Of a stretch of DNA of 64,000 nt, positions 49,922 through 61,834 are shown piece by piece. This DNA is from Octopus sinensis (taxonomy: Eukaryota). The DNA lies in assembly GCF_006345805.1 (NCBI RefSeq), contig NC_042997.1, positions 107,570,001 to 107,634,000 of the forward strand, given 5' to 3'. Made by a program: the position numbers and the translations under genes. Under the pieces are notes generated by a model, which saw only the letters and a list, made by a program, of their open reading frames with translations, ran no database searches and had not been told where the DNA came from. The first letter of the stretch is position 1. Every line of letters starts with the position of its first letter.

Positions 49922-52864
49922 ACATCAGAGGGCTGCAAACACTCAGTAACAGGACAAAGATCCCATTCTTGAGAGACTTTGTTGCATGCAATCAAGCCTT
50001 ATGCATAGCACTTACAGAAACGCACCTGAAACCGGACATAGCAGATGCAGAGTTACACATACCACATTATGTTGTACTACGGACCGACAGAAAAGAAAGG
50101 AGTCATGGAGGAGTAGCTATGTACATCCGTGAGGACCTCACACCCCAGGTCCTCTTGTCATACTCAAACTCGGTGTGTGACACACTAATTGTACATATAA
50201 GGCAACTTGATGTAGTTGTGTGTGCTACATATCGCCCTCCAGATGCCCCAAGCCATGTGGGCAAGTTTGAAGACTGCCTTATAAAAATAGAAGAAGTTCT
50301 AATCACATTAGAACAACACATAAGTGTACTTCTTATGGGAGACTTCAATCTACCCAATGTCAGATGGCCCGAGGGCCTTTCTCTCCCAGGAATGACAAGA
50401 TGTGAACGAGGACAGGCGAGGTCCCTCCTGAACCTCATCAACACCCTGTACATGGAGCAAGTAATACTCCAACCAACCAGGGCAGGTAACACACTGGATC
50501 TCTGCTTCACAAATAATATGGATCTCATCCATAATGTGAAAGTGACACCGACACTACTCTCGGATCACAACATGGTAGAGCTGACCATGTACGGGCCAAA
50601 AGAGAGCACGGACATGCAGCCTACAAGAAACCCTCAGAATCTTTCCAGCTTTAACTACCATAAGACAAACTGGAAACAAATTGAGAAAGAGATCCTCAAA
50701 CAAAACTGGCCTAAATGTCTCTCCTCGCCAGACATCGACGTGAAACTTCAACAATTCATGTCTGTAACGCAAGCCATATGCTACAAATGTGTCCCAGAGA
50801 GAAAGGCCACTGTACACAAGAACAAAATCCCCAGAGAGAGGAAAATCTTAATGAGACGGCGTACAAAAATTTCAAATCGCCTAAACAAACAGATTGAAAG
50901 CAGTGAAAAGTCCCGCCTGAAAATAAAACTGTTGGAAATTGAAAAATGTCTGCAACTCTCCCATGAAAAGGAAAGAGCAGACAAAGAAGCCTGGGCTATA
51001 GACAACATAAAATCTAACCCCAGAGCGTTCTACAGGTATGCCAAAGAAACAGCTACGGTGCACTGTAGGATAGGGCCACTCCTTGAAGAGGATGGCACAC
51101 TCACAGGAAAACCAATGAGGGTAAGTGAAATACTGAATGAGCAATTCAAGAGTGTTTTCACTCCACCCCTCGGGCATTTCCAAATCACCAATCCAACTGA
51201 CTTCTTTACCACTGCAGATATAAAATCAGAGGCGGCGACGATAAATTACATCGATATAAAGGAAGACGATGTAATAAAGGGCATAGATGAAATGAAAACA
51301 GAATCAGCTATTGGCCCCGATGGATTCCCGGCAATCCTCCTAAAAGTATGTAAGAGAGTCCTAGCAAGACCACTGCAGATCCTCTTTCAGAGCTTCCTAG
51401 CAGCTGGCAAACTTCCAAAAAAACTGAAGGAAGGTAAAATATGCCCTATTCATAAAGGTGGTAGCAGAGCAGAGGCCAAGAACTACAGACCTATCTCTCT
51501 CACCTCACACATCAGCAAGGTCATGGAACGAATAGTCAGAAGGAAACTAATCACCTTCCTTGCAGAAAATGACTTGCTGCCTGACACCCAACATGGTTTC
51601 CGACCAGGAAGAAGCTGTTTTACTCAGCTCCTACAACACTATGACTGGGTGCTGAAACAACTGCTCAACCACTCAAATGTGGAAGTCATATATCTCGACT
51701 TTGCAAAGGCCTTTGATAAAGTCGATCATGGAATGATATGTCACAAACTGCGTGATCTTGGCATAGTTGGAAAATTGGGAGAATGGCTTCATGACTTTCT
51801 GAAGAATAGAAGTCAGGTGGTAGCAGCCATTAACACACAAATAGTGAGCGGTGTTCCGCAGGGCACTGTTTTGGGACCACTACTGTTCATAATGGCCCTC
51901 TCAGACATGCCCTCAGAGAGCCACGATCACGCAGAGAGCCACGATCACAAGTTATGCAGATGATACAAAAGTTTCACGGGCAATACAGAACCCTGAAGAC
52001 ACTAAGCACCTGCAATGTGAGCTGGACGAAATATACAAGTAGGCTGAAAAGAATAGCATGCAGTTCAATGCTGAAAAGTTTCAAGCTTTATACTATCAGC
52101 ATGCAAAACTAAATGCAATACCCAATGAATACACTGGACCCGGAGGAATAGCAATCCCAGAGGCACAATCAGTGCGTGACCTGGGTATTTACATGAGTGA
52201 TGACGCCACCTTTCGTGTTCATGTTGCTAAATTGGCAATGAAATGTAGACGACTGGCCGGATGGATTCTCAGAACCTTTAGAACAAGAGAACAAGAAACC
52301 ATGATGGTCCTCTGGAGGACACTTGTCCTAAGCCACTTTGACTATTGCTCTCAGTTATGGTCACCATCCAGTGTCAAGTTGATCACAGAGCTCGAGGCGA
52401 TCCAGCGTAGCTACACGAAGAAGATAGCCTATATGCAGAATGTAAGCTACTGGGAAAGACTCAAGAGATTAAAACTATATTCCTTGGAGCGTAGGCGGGA
52501 AAGATATGCCATAATATACATCTGGAAGATCCTGGAGGGACGTGTCCCAAACTTTGGCATCGAGAGTTACACAAATGCCAGAACTGGGCGCTACTGCGTG
52601 GTGCCTAGGACTCCAAATTTGCCATCAAGATGTAGGACAAGATACTGTGATAGCCTGGGCTTCCGTGGCCCACAGCTCTTCAATATCCTCCCGAAGAACC
52701 TGAGAGACCTGCATGGGGTGGATGCAGATGTCTTTAAAATGGAACTGGATCTCTTCCTGTCAAGTGTCCCAGATGAACCAACTTCACGGCAGGAGGTGCA
52801 GATGAGGGCAGCTGCATCGAACTCTCTCATGCACCAAATGGCAGTTGCTAAAAAGCTTTCGTGA
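49873..52864 (+). pseudogene. LINE ORF2 (APE endonuclease plus RT), broken by a tandem-duplication frameshift and one TAG
   Basis: LLLNIRGL, LTETHL, GGVAMYI, YRPP, GDFN, LDLCFT, SDH (APE); NYRPISLTS, QHGFRPGRSC, YLDFAKAFDKVDH, GVPQGTVLGPLLF (RT). YADD falls in the +1 frame after the 51914-51948 duplication; TAG at 52040-52042. Confidence 0.9.
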
Positions 52865-52956
52865 AGTAAAACCAAGTAGCAACACCAAATGGCGGTGCCC
52901 CAGCATGGCCACAGCTCATGAGCTGAAACTAGAATCAATCAATCAATCAATCAATC

Positions 52957-52993
<37 letters not shown>

Positions 52994-53571
52994 ATATATA
53001 CACACACGTATATATGTATGTATGTAACAGCACCACCCTATCGTATCTGTCAGCCGTACTGTAGCGTAGGTATTACTTGATATTCTTAATAGCATATCGA
53101 CCTGGTAATTTTATAGTAAATAAATATTTAAATGTTTTTTGTTGCTCTGGTGGCGTGTTCTATGCCATTTAATTCAATTTATTCACACCCTCTCCAAATG
53201 ATCAATGAATGCATTTTAATTCAATGAATCTATGACAAATATTGTTCCAATTGCAATAAAGTTGGCTGATAGTGCAACAATATTGAATAAGATGTGAATA
53301 TTTGTGTTGGAACATGAAATAATCTATTTTAATATATATTTTAAAAAAAGCAGATATTGACCACGAGAAAATGTATGAGTCAGACAAAGATTGGATCGTT
53401 TATCTGAGGGAGAGAAAATGGAAGATATCGTCAATACACTAAACTAAGATCAAAATTAAATATAATTTCTGAAGATAATCAATAAGACGGTGGCAGATGT
53501 TTACATTTGGTAACAGTGGGAAATAAAACGCTGGAGCACAATTTATAATTGATTTTAGTTAAACAAACACT

Positions 53572-53626
<55 letters not shown>

Positions 53627-54874
53627 CACACACGCACACACACGCACACACCACACACATACACCACACACACACACACACCAGACAGATATTTACTCAT
53701 ATGAGACAAACAGAAATTTTATCCAACTGTTTTCTATGATAAATTGAGTTCAGTCTCACATTTCTCTGTATTATAAAATATCTTCCGTTGTATTTCTGCC
53801 ATTATCTTAATGGTCACTGAATATTCGATATCTCTGTATAATGTACTTCTCTACAGTACCTGTGACTGCGTCTTTTAATTCTTTATCCGATTCTATGCCC
53901 CAGACTTTTCCTTCACTTCTTAGCTTTGTCTTCCATTCTTTACACTCTTACCAAATGTTAATCAATGTAAAATTAAAAAGACGTGTTTGTGCTTGTTTGT
54001 TTGTTTGAGGATGCATACGTTTGTCGCTATGGATCTGGTTGTATGTTGTTCCGTGCTTGAACCGGTGAATGAATAAATATGTTTTTGGTTGCGTGAAGAA
54101 ACAAAAATAAAAGCGCATAAACAACACCCGTTAACGTTTAACTGAAATATTTAGCGTCGCACATAATTTGCGTTGGCCATTAACAATTAACAACCGCAAT
54201 AATTACAGACTGGGAGAGTGGCACGAAAACATGTTGTCGGCCCAACATATCTGAAATCAAGTTCTCTATTTTCGTGGCGACAGAGTTTCTTGGTCATCTG
54301 TCTTGGGCCATTGGTGTTGACTGTCTGCCTTATATCTGGAATCGTCAGAAGGGCAAGAATAGAGACACATGTCGCCTTTCGACACTCTGCCTGACAAAAG
54401 GTGTGAATGAGTCGGCCACTATCAATGCTCTGTAAAGTGTTTAGGCGCCAAACAGCTTTTTTATAGGGCACAGGAGGAACATTCGAGAAAACGAAATCAC
54501 TAAATAGCTTCACTCTGCTTGGTTGCTTAAGAGACCGATCACGTGAAGCTATATTGGTTCGCTCGTGGCATCTGACCGGTTATTTAGCAGTTCGGTTTCG
54601 AATCACTGCTACACGTTCAAACATAAATGAAAGAACTGCAAGAGTAGAGAGAAATGTTCAATTTTTTGATCCTCCTACATTGACCGATTCAACATTGGTT
54701 ATTGGTCTCTTTAGTGAGGGAGGGGCACGATTGGCTGGCTTCATCTCTGTAGATAATTCATATTTATTGGCTTGATCCCAACTGATGAAGTGCAAAAGGG
54801 ATTTGCACTTGGATGGGATTTGAACTTACAATGTAAACATAATGCAAACGTTGTTCACTACACCGTAATTTAAT

Positions 54875-54908
<34 letters not shown>

Positions 54909-54924
54909 GGTCCAAGGCTGAAAT

Positions 54925-55035
54925 CTTGGGAGAAGGGGTTGGTCGATTCCATCGACCCAGTACTTAACTGGTATTCTATTTTATCAGTCCCGAAAGGATG
55001 AAAAGCAAAGTCGACCTCGGCTGGATTTTTACTGA
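54925..55035 (-). mobile_element. Partial SINE (family of 4968/32278), antisense
   Basis: GGTCGATTCCATCGACCCAGTAC..ACTGGTA...CCCGAAAGGATGAAAAGCAAAGTCGACCTCGG is the reverse complement of the SINE body. Confidence 0.65.
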
Positions 55036-55099
55036 GAACGGTTCAGATTCCTTCCATTTAAGTAGTTTGCAAGTTTGTTTTTACAATGAACTCCAGAAT

Positions 55100-55560
55100 A
55101 ATTACTGAGACGGTCTATTGTTTTATTCATCTTAATTCTTTCTCTACTTCTATCCACCTTTCTATTGTGGTATCTTTCTTGCTCCAAAACTCTCCCGGCA
55201 TTTGGTATTTTATTGTTATATCTTTATACTTACTCCAACTTTTCGAATAATCTCTTCTCATTATTTTGAAATAACCTTTTCTCTTGAAACTCATCAATTT
55301 CTACTTTCGTATCGTTTTATTCTTGCTGCCTTTCATGTCACATTTTGTTTTATTTCTCTCAATTACAATATTTATTCCTTTTTTTCTTCTTCATATTGTA
55401 TTTTCTTTCTTTTTAACGAATGTTTTCCTTATTGCACCTTGTTTAAGGTGCAGTAAGTGTTTCCCTGTGTCATTATCTTCTGTCCACCTTTCCCACCAGA
55501 TTAAATTTCTCCACATGTCTAATAGCTGAAAAGCCCTCCAAAACATATCAAGGGTAGTTA
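55100..55560 (-). mobile_element. Very degenerate R4-like LINE pre-RT fragment
   Basis: Minus translation resembles the R.FQ.NEK.LFEKL...EFWS segment seen in the other RLE copies. Confidence 0.3.
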
Positions 55561-57651
55561 TCCCAAATGGAAAAGGCAAGAATTATGGCACTATTTACAG
55601 GCTGAAGACACCAAGTAGAAAGTCTAGTCGTTATATTTGTCCTAGAAACACGCTGCGAAAATAATGAAGAGCAACAGCAAACCCCAGTCGAAACTCGGGA
55701 GATAGCAAAGGAAATATTAACCAGTACCATAAATAGACAAGCAAATATTTTGTCCCCTAATACAACTAACCTGGAGTACAATACGTTCATTGTGTGATAT
55801 GAAGAAATAATTAGAGATCAGGTGCAAATATGAAAGGAAAAGAAGGAAACATCGTGAAAATAATTTAACTATAAAACGATGTAAACAGGTTCGGCAGGAG
55901 AATTTCTTTGAAACGTCAACAGATTGTTAAGAAAGACACGAAGAAAATACAGGAGATGAAGATGAACTAAAATTCACCACTCTTCGAAACTCAAACAAAA
56001 AGTTTGCATATCTGTGGTACCAAGGACTTTTCGGCGAGGCTATGCTGTCACAAAAACAATAAGGTCTAGAATACAAACATGCAAAATTAGATTGTTAGTA
56101 GAATTAAAACTAAAACATTTCACTGAATTTAAGAGAGATGCTCTCTAGACATTAGTGTCTTTCAACAACAAATGCCCATTTAAAAAATGCTTATTGGTGC
56201 ATTCACTTGCACTCGATTTTAAAATTATTAAATTTTAAAAATGATTGAATGAGTGGGGTCGTAGAGTATCCAATCCAACCAAGCATGAAAATCATTCCTG
56301 CTTTATTTTTTTTTAAATTATGTTTTGTTTTAATTATTGATGGTGTTTTATTGTACCTTTTTATTCATTTCCGTACAAATATGTGTATTCGCTTACATAC
56401 ATCTGTATGTATGTGTGCATGTGTATACGTATGGATATCTACTATATAAGTGAGAGTGCATGTATGTATGTTATTGAAAGACTCCGAAACAGTTTGTCAG
56501 AGACGGATTTGATTTTCGAACTCTGCGTCCCAGCGAGAAGGTTTTCGGTTATTATTAATCAAAAAAACATAATTTTCTACATGAAATAACTCAACTTCCA
56601 GATCGCCAATATTGAATGATTTTAGAAGCCGCTGTCTTAAACTCATGATTACCTGAGTGTGTTTGCATGCGCGCGTATGTGTATGGCATCTTATAACTGT
56701 CTGTCTATCAACCTCTTTCTCTTTATCTGTCTATCTATTTGTCTTTTACATTTTTATCATTGTAAGATTTTTTCCCTCTCTCTATATATATTTACCACAT
56801 CGTCCCTCACTCTTTCTCTATATCTGTATCTCTCACGCTGAATGTGTGTGTGTGTGCGTGTGTGTGTCAGTGTGTGTGTATCCATGTGTGTCAGAATTTC
56901 ATTCGGGCGACAGAGTCGAAAGACCTTCACAAAGCATTAGTAGTGAGCTCAGGAGACACGTGAACAGCGAAGAAATAGATTTGTAGATATGCGAACACGA
57001 ACCTCTATCGCACGATCTCAGTCAGATTTTACACCCGAGTATAAAATGCATCGGTTCGTTGGTTAATGCAGAAGAATCTCCGACGCACAAACGTAGGAGA
57101 CGATGTCTCACTTTAGGTCAAACGACTTCAATCTCCAGTTCGTCTTATTTTTGCCATGACCACCAACAAATAGCGAGGGCAAACATTTTCGCTTGCTGGT
57201 TTACACTTTGAAGAGCTTTGCTTCCTCATAGTCAGCTTCACGGTGGATGTTCAAGAGTAGGAAGGAAAACCTTTACATCTATGTACTAAATTGAAAAACA
57301 AAACGCTTTGTTTATTAAGAAATTGTATCAAATAATGCAGGAATCTGTCCTGATCAAGAAGCCTAACCATTGGGGAAGACATGGTCTGACATGGAATAAA
57401 AAAAAAGACTGAAATAAAGGAATTCTGTTGTGAAAATTGCCTGGCAACGATGGACTGTTCAGCTAGTGTGTGTGTGTGTATGTGTCTGTGTGTGTATGTG
57501 TCTGTGTGTGTGTACCTTTAATGTTCTTTATACCTTCTTCCATATTTTCTATGTCTCTTACCCTCTCCCTTCATAACTTGAAAATGTGTTTTTTTCTCAT
57601 TCCACACTGGCTTTCTCATTCCACACTTCAGAGCAAAAAAGTGGTACGGAC

Positions 57652-58170
57652 ATAAACCCGAAGGCATTATCGAAAATGATAATGCAAAGATCCTATGGGA
57701 TTTTATGATTCAGTGTGATTATTAGATAGAGAATAGGAAACCAGACATAGTGTTAGTTGAGAAAGAAAGCAAACTATGCTGAATCATAGGTATAGCAAGC
57801 CCAGCTGACAGCAAGGTATGCGATAAGGAAGAAAGAAAAGTCGAGAGATATGACAGGTTAGCTTGGGAGGTTAAACAGTTATGGTTGATGAAAAAGGTAG
57901 CAGTAGTACCAATAGTTGTCGGAGCCCTGGGAACAGTGAACAAAAATCTTGAGACGTATGTGGAACAAATAGGGGCTGCAATAAAGGTGGAGCACTTGTA
58001 GAAAACAGCACTGCTTGGGACCGCTCGAATACTCCAGAAGGTGCTCGAAAAATAAGAGATGTTACCTTAGTTCACTGGTAGTGAACAGCTGACACCGTAA
58101 TACACCTCCAGCATTAGGAGCTGTGCAAAGACAATAAAATTACAACAACAACAACAATAATAATAATAAA
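57652..58170 (+). mobile_element. R4/Dong-clade LINE 3' end (RLE domain) with (CAA)n(TAA)n tail
   Basis: KILWDF.IQCD...RKPDIVLVEK...PIVVGALG...KTALLGTARIL; tail at about 58142-58169. Confidence 0.8.
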
Positions 58171-58179
58171 AATTATGTG

Positions 58180-60610
58180 AAATGTTGAGGGAGAAGTATT
58201 AGGAACTAGAATATAGATATAGGATAAATAAAAAGGGGCTAAATGTAGTTCTTGAAGAGCTGAAACAAAAATTGTGACAAAGATCAAGAGATATGATCAA
58301 ATAATTGAACAATATAAAACCAACAGATTGTTTCAACAAGACCAGAAAAGGGTTTATCAACAACTGAATGAAAAGATTAACAGCAATGAGAGACCAGATG
58401 TTGAAGAAAATAGCTTTTGGAGTAACATCTGGGATGATGGAGGAAGGCATAGCAAAGATGCTAAATGGTTGAAGGAATTAAGATTGGAAAAATATGAAGT
58501 GAAACAGCAATATTAGAATTACAACTGAAGTGGTAACCAAACAGACAAAAAAGATGCCAAACTGGAAATACTTAGGCCTGAATGGGGTACAAAGATATTG
58601 GCTGAAAAATTTCCCAGCACTTCACAGAATAATAGCCATGCAAATGGATAAAATGATCAACAACTGGGTGAAAATCCCAAAGTGGCTGACCACAGGTAAA
58701 ACAATTCTTTTCCAAAAGGATTCCAATAAAGGCAATGCAGTGTATAATTACTGGCCTATCACCTGTCTGCCCTTGATGTGGAAGCTGATGACAGGAATAA
58801 TGAGGGACAAAAGACCAATTTCTGATAGCCAGAATGGTACTGAACGACTGCAAGAAAAGGCTTACTAACCTGGGCATGGCATGGATTGATTATAAGAAAG
58901 TGTGTGACCTGGTCCCCTATTTCTGGATTTTAGAAAGTCTTGAGTTGGTACAGGTGTCTGATAATATATCAAATTTTATTAGGAGACCAACGAAAAACTG
59001 GAATATAGAGTTAACTTCATGTGGAAAACTTTTGGAGAGGGTTAACATCAAGAGAGGCATATTTCAAGGAGACAGCCCATCACCCTTGCTGTTTGTGATT
59101 TGTATGATACCCCTCATACAGATAATATGGAAAGTGACATTGGGGTACACTTTGAAAAGTGGAGGAAAATTAAATCATTTGTTATATATGGATGACTTAA
59201 AGATCTTTGGAAAGACCAAACATGAAATAAATGACTTAGTTTCAACAATGCAGATATTCAGTAAGGACATCGGAACGGAATTTTGGATCAAAAAGTGTGG
59301 CATTGCTTATAATACGAAAAGTAGTGTCATCTGATGGAGTAGAACTACCCAATGGCAAGAAAATCAAGGATATTGAGACTAATGGGTATAAATATATGGG
59401 GGTTTTGGAATATGGCAAAATCAAGGAAAGTGAAATGAGGGAAAACTTTAGGTGAGAATATCTCAGAACTAAATTAATTATGGGAAGTAGACTCAATGGA
59501 AAGAACAATATCAGGACAATGAATCCATTGGCTGTTTCCTTAATGTGACATGGTGCAGATGTTGTTAGGTGGACAAAGAACGAGCTTGAGGAAATGGACA
59601 GGAAAACCAGAAAATTGATGACAATTAACAAGGAACTACACCCCAAAAGCGATACTGACAGACTGTATGTGCCTAGGAAGAGGAGTGAAAGAGGCCTCAT
59701 AGGATGTAAGTTCTGAGTTATAAACGAGAAGAACAGTCTGGGATGGTACATCAAACAGCAGAGTGACTCCTTGCTTGCTGCTGTTAGAATTAACACTACA
59801 ATACCTACTAAAAATGTGATGAAACCACAAACATTTAAGAAACAAAATGAAGAAGAAAGATTAAACAATTTGAAAATGAAATCACTGCACGAGTAATACC
59901 TCAGATAATTCAAAGGATAAAAACAAGATCAACTCTTGGAGAAGGCTAAGGAAAAGTGATCTGAAAGGGTGCACTGAGGCATTGATATGCAGCGCCCAGG
60001 AACAAGCTCTAAGAACTAATTACACCAAGTTCCAAATAGACAAGAGGAGCGAATCACCCCTTTATAGGAAGTACAGTAGTAGAAACGAAACAATCTCACA
60101 TATTGTGGGTGAGTGTAACAACCAGCTGGACCAAAAAGCACTACAAAAGGAGGCATGATAACATGGCTAAGCTCGTCCACTGGAGGCTATGTGAAAAGTA
60201 CGGCCTGAACAGAGCACGAAAATAGTACGAACATGAACCAGAAGACACTGAGAACAAGGAACATAAGATACTGTGGGATTTTACAATACAATGTGACTCA
60301 GAGATCATAGATATTGCAATACCTGGAGATGCACACATAAGTGACAAAGAACCAGAAAAGGCTGATAAGTACAGACTATTAAAAGGCTAAAAGATAAAAT
60401 TACAAGAACGTGGACTATGAGGAGAGAGTGTGTCATTCCAGTTGTTGTAAAAGAACTCAAAGCACTAACAACCAAGTTAGAGAAATATATCAGAGAAATC
60501 AGAATTGACATGAGAGCAGAGCAAGCCCAAAACAACTGCTCTGCTGGGGAACAGCTAGGATTTTTGAAGAATGGTACTTGTATGTTGAATGTCTTCTACG
60601 ATAGTTAACA
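58180..60610 (+). mobile_element. R4/Dong-clade LINE, degenerate RT plus RLE
   Basis: NY.PITCLPLMWKL, MAWIDYKK..D.VP..WI, RGIFQGDS.SPLLF, NHLLYMDDLK, DRLYVPR..GGRGL-like, RRHD, ILWDF motifs. Confidence 0.85.
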
Positions 60611-60744
60611 ACCAAGTATCCAAGCTTATGTGTGGAAAGGGACCCTGTGAGAGCTCTGGTAGCAGGCTGCTGCCTGCTCTCACAGAATCTACCAGAGCAA
60701 ACAAGACCAAGTGCTCTGAGAAGTAAAACAAACAATCCAGGAGT

Positions 60745-60862
60745 ATTGCAAAAGTCGGCATTACTTGGAACTGCATGCAGGTTCTACTGTCTGTCTGTCC
60801 GTCTGGGGTTCTTGTTGTGACTTGACATACAGTACAAACCCCTGGTAGACACAATACAATAT

Positions 60863-60903
<41 letters not shown>

Positions 60904-60909
60904 TAATAA
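60745..60909 (+). mobile_element. Short R4-like 3' end with (TAA)n tail
   Basis: VLQKSALLGTA followed by a 3' UTR and (TAA)n at about 60863-60909. Confidence 0.55.
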
Positions 60910-61485
60910 TCTCACTCCTCTGGAACTTCACCATTCAAACTGACAGAAAGATAGATGCAAATAGGCCAGACATATTGAAAGACTTCAGACAAAAATTATG
61001 CCTCCTCATTGATATGACTGTCCCAATCGATATAAACGTATCTGTAAAGACCTACCAAAAACTGAGCAAAAATAAAGATCTTGAAATAGAAATCAGCAAA
61101 ATGTGGAACCTGAAGACTAAAACAATACCTGTTGTCATAGGTGCCCTAGGATTGATAGCAAAAGGGGCTGATTGCTACCTAGCTGAGATACCAGGAAACC
61201 CCAAAATGGCAGAAATTCAAAAGATAGTGCTCATGGGAACTGCTCATATCCTACGCAAAATACTTTCTATGTAATCTCAAGTTTTAAAATAAACATAATT
61301 TTCTTATGGTTTCTTAAACATTCTCTAGAACAACACTATGTACAAAACCAAATATATGACACCCTAGGCATAACACCAACATGAACTTCCAACTTGTTAT
61401 CTCTTGAGATCTCTGGCTGAGACTTGGAGCCAACTTGTACAAATGTAAAGCAAAAGTCAAACATAGAATAATAATAATAATAATG

Positions 61486-61537
<52 letters not shown>
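60910..61537 (+). mobile_element. R4/Dong-clade LINE 3' end with intact RLE C-terminus and (TAA)n tail
   Basis: ANRPDI...LIDMTVP.D.NVS.K...KLSK.KDLEIEISKMW..KT.TIPVVIGALG...LMGTAHILRK*; (TAA)n at about 61466-61537. Confidence 0.85.
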
Positions 61538-61539
<2 letters not shown>

Positions 61540-61830
61540 TCCCAATCAAAACAAATCAGGTGCTGGAGTATAACAGACAAGATGCACCACATATGCTATA
61601 TAGTTGATGTTGGATGCCCCTTTGACCCATGAATAAACAAGAAGGAAGGTGGAAATATAGATAGATACAACCCTCTTAAGCACAAAATAGCTTGGCTAAG
61701 AAGAATAAAGAAGGTGAAGATAGTGCCAATTATTGTTGGGTCCTTGGAAACAGTATCAGAAGACATCAACAGAATATAAAGGAAGTTGGAATAGAACTGT
61801 TACAAAATAATCAGGAAAGTATTAGATAGC
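61538..61830 (+). mobile_element. R4-like RLE C-terminal fragment
   Basis: CYIVDVGCPFD...KKE...Y..LK...KIVPIIVGSL.TVS. Confidence 0.6.
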
Positions 61831-61834
61831 TGAA

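Larger units (their letters stand above)
49016..52956 (+). mobile_element. Near-full-length CR1-type (Jockey-group) LINE with ORF1, APE-RT ORF2, 3' stem-loop and (AATC)6 tail
   Basis: Two overlapping ORFs, APE and RT motifs, CR1-type C-terminus (DYCSQLWSP..LEAIQRSYTK, YWERLK.LKLYSLERRRERY), tail at 52933-52956; visibly more GC-rich than its flanks. Confidence 0.92.

Noticed and set aside
54187-54513. 108-aa minus-strand ORF as a host gene exon
   Set aside because: No recognisable motif or convincing splice-site pair.
54783-54810. CTGATGA followed by an 8-bp hairpin (hammerhead-like)
   Set aside because: No GAAA after the stem and no stem I/III.
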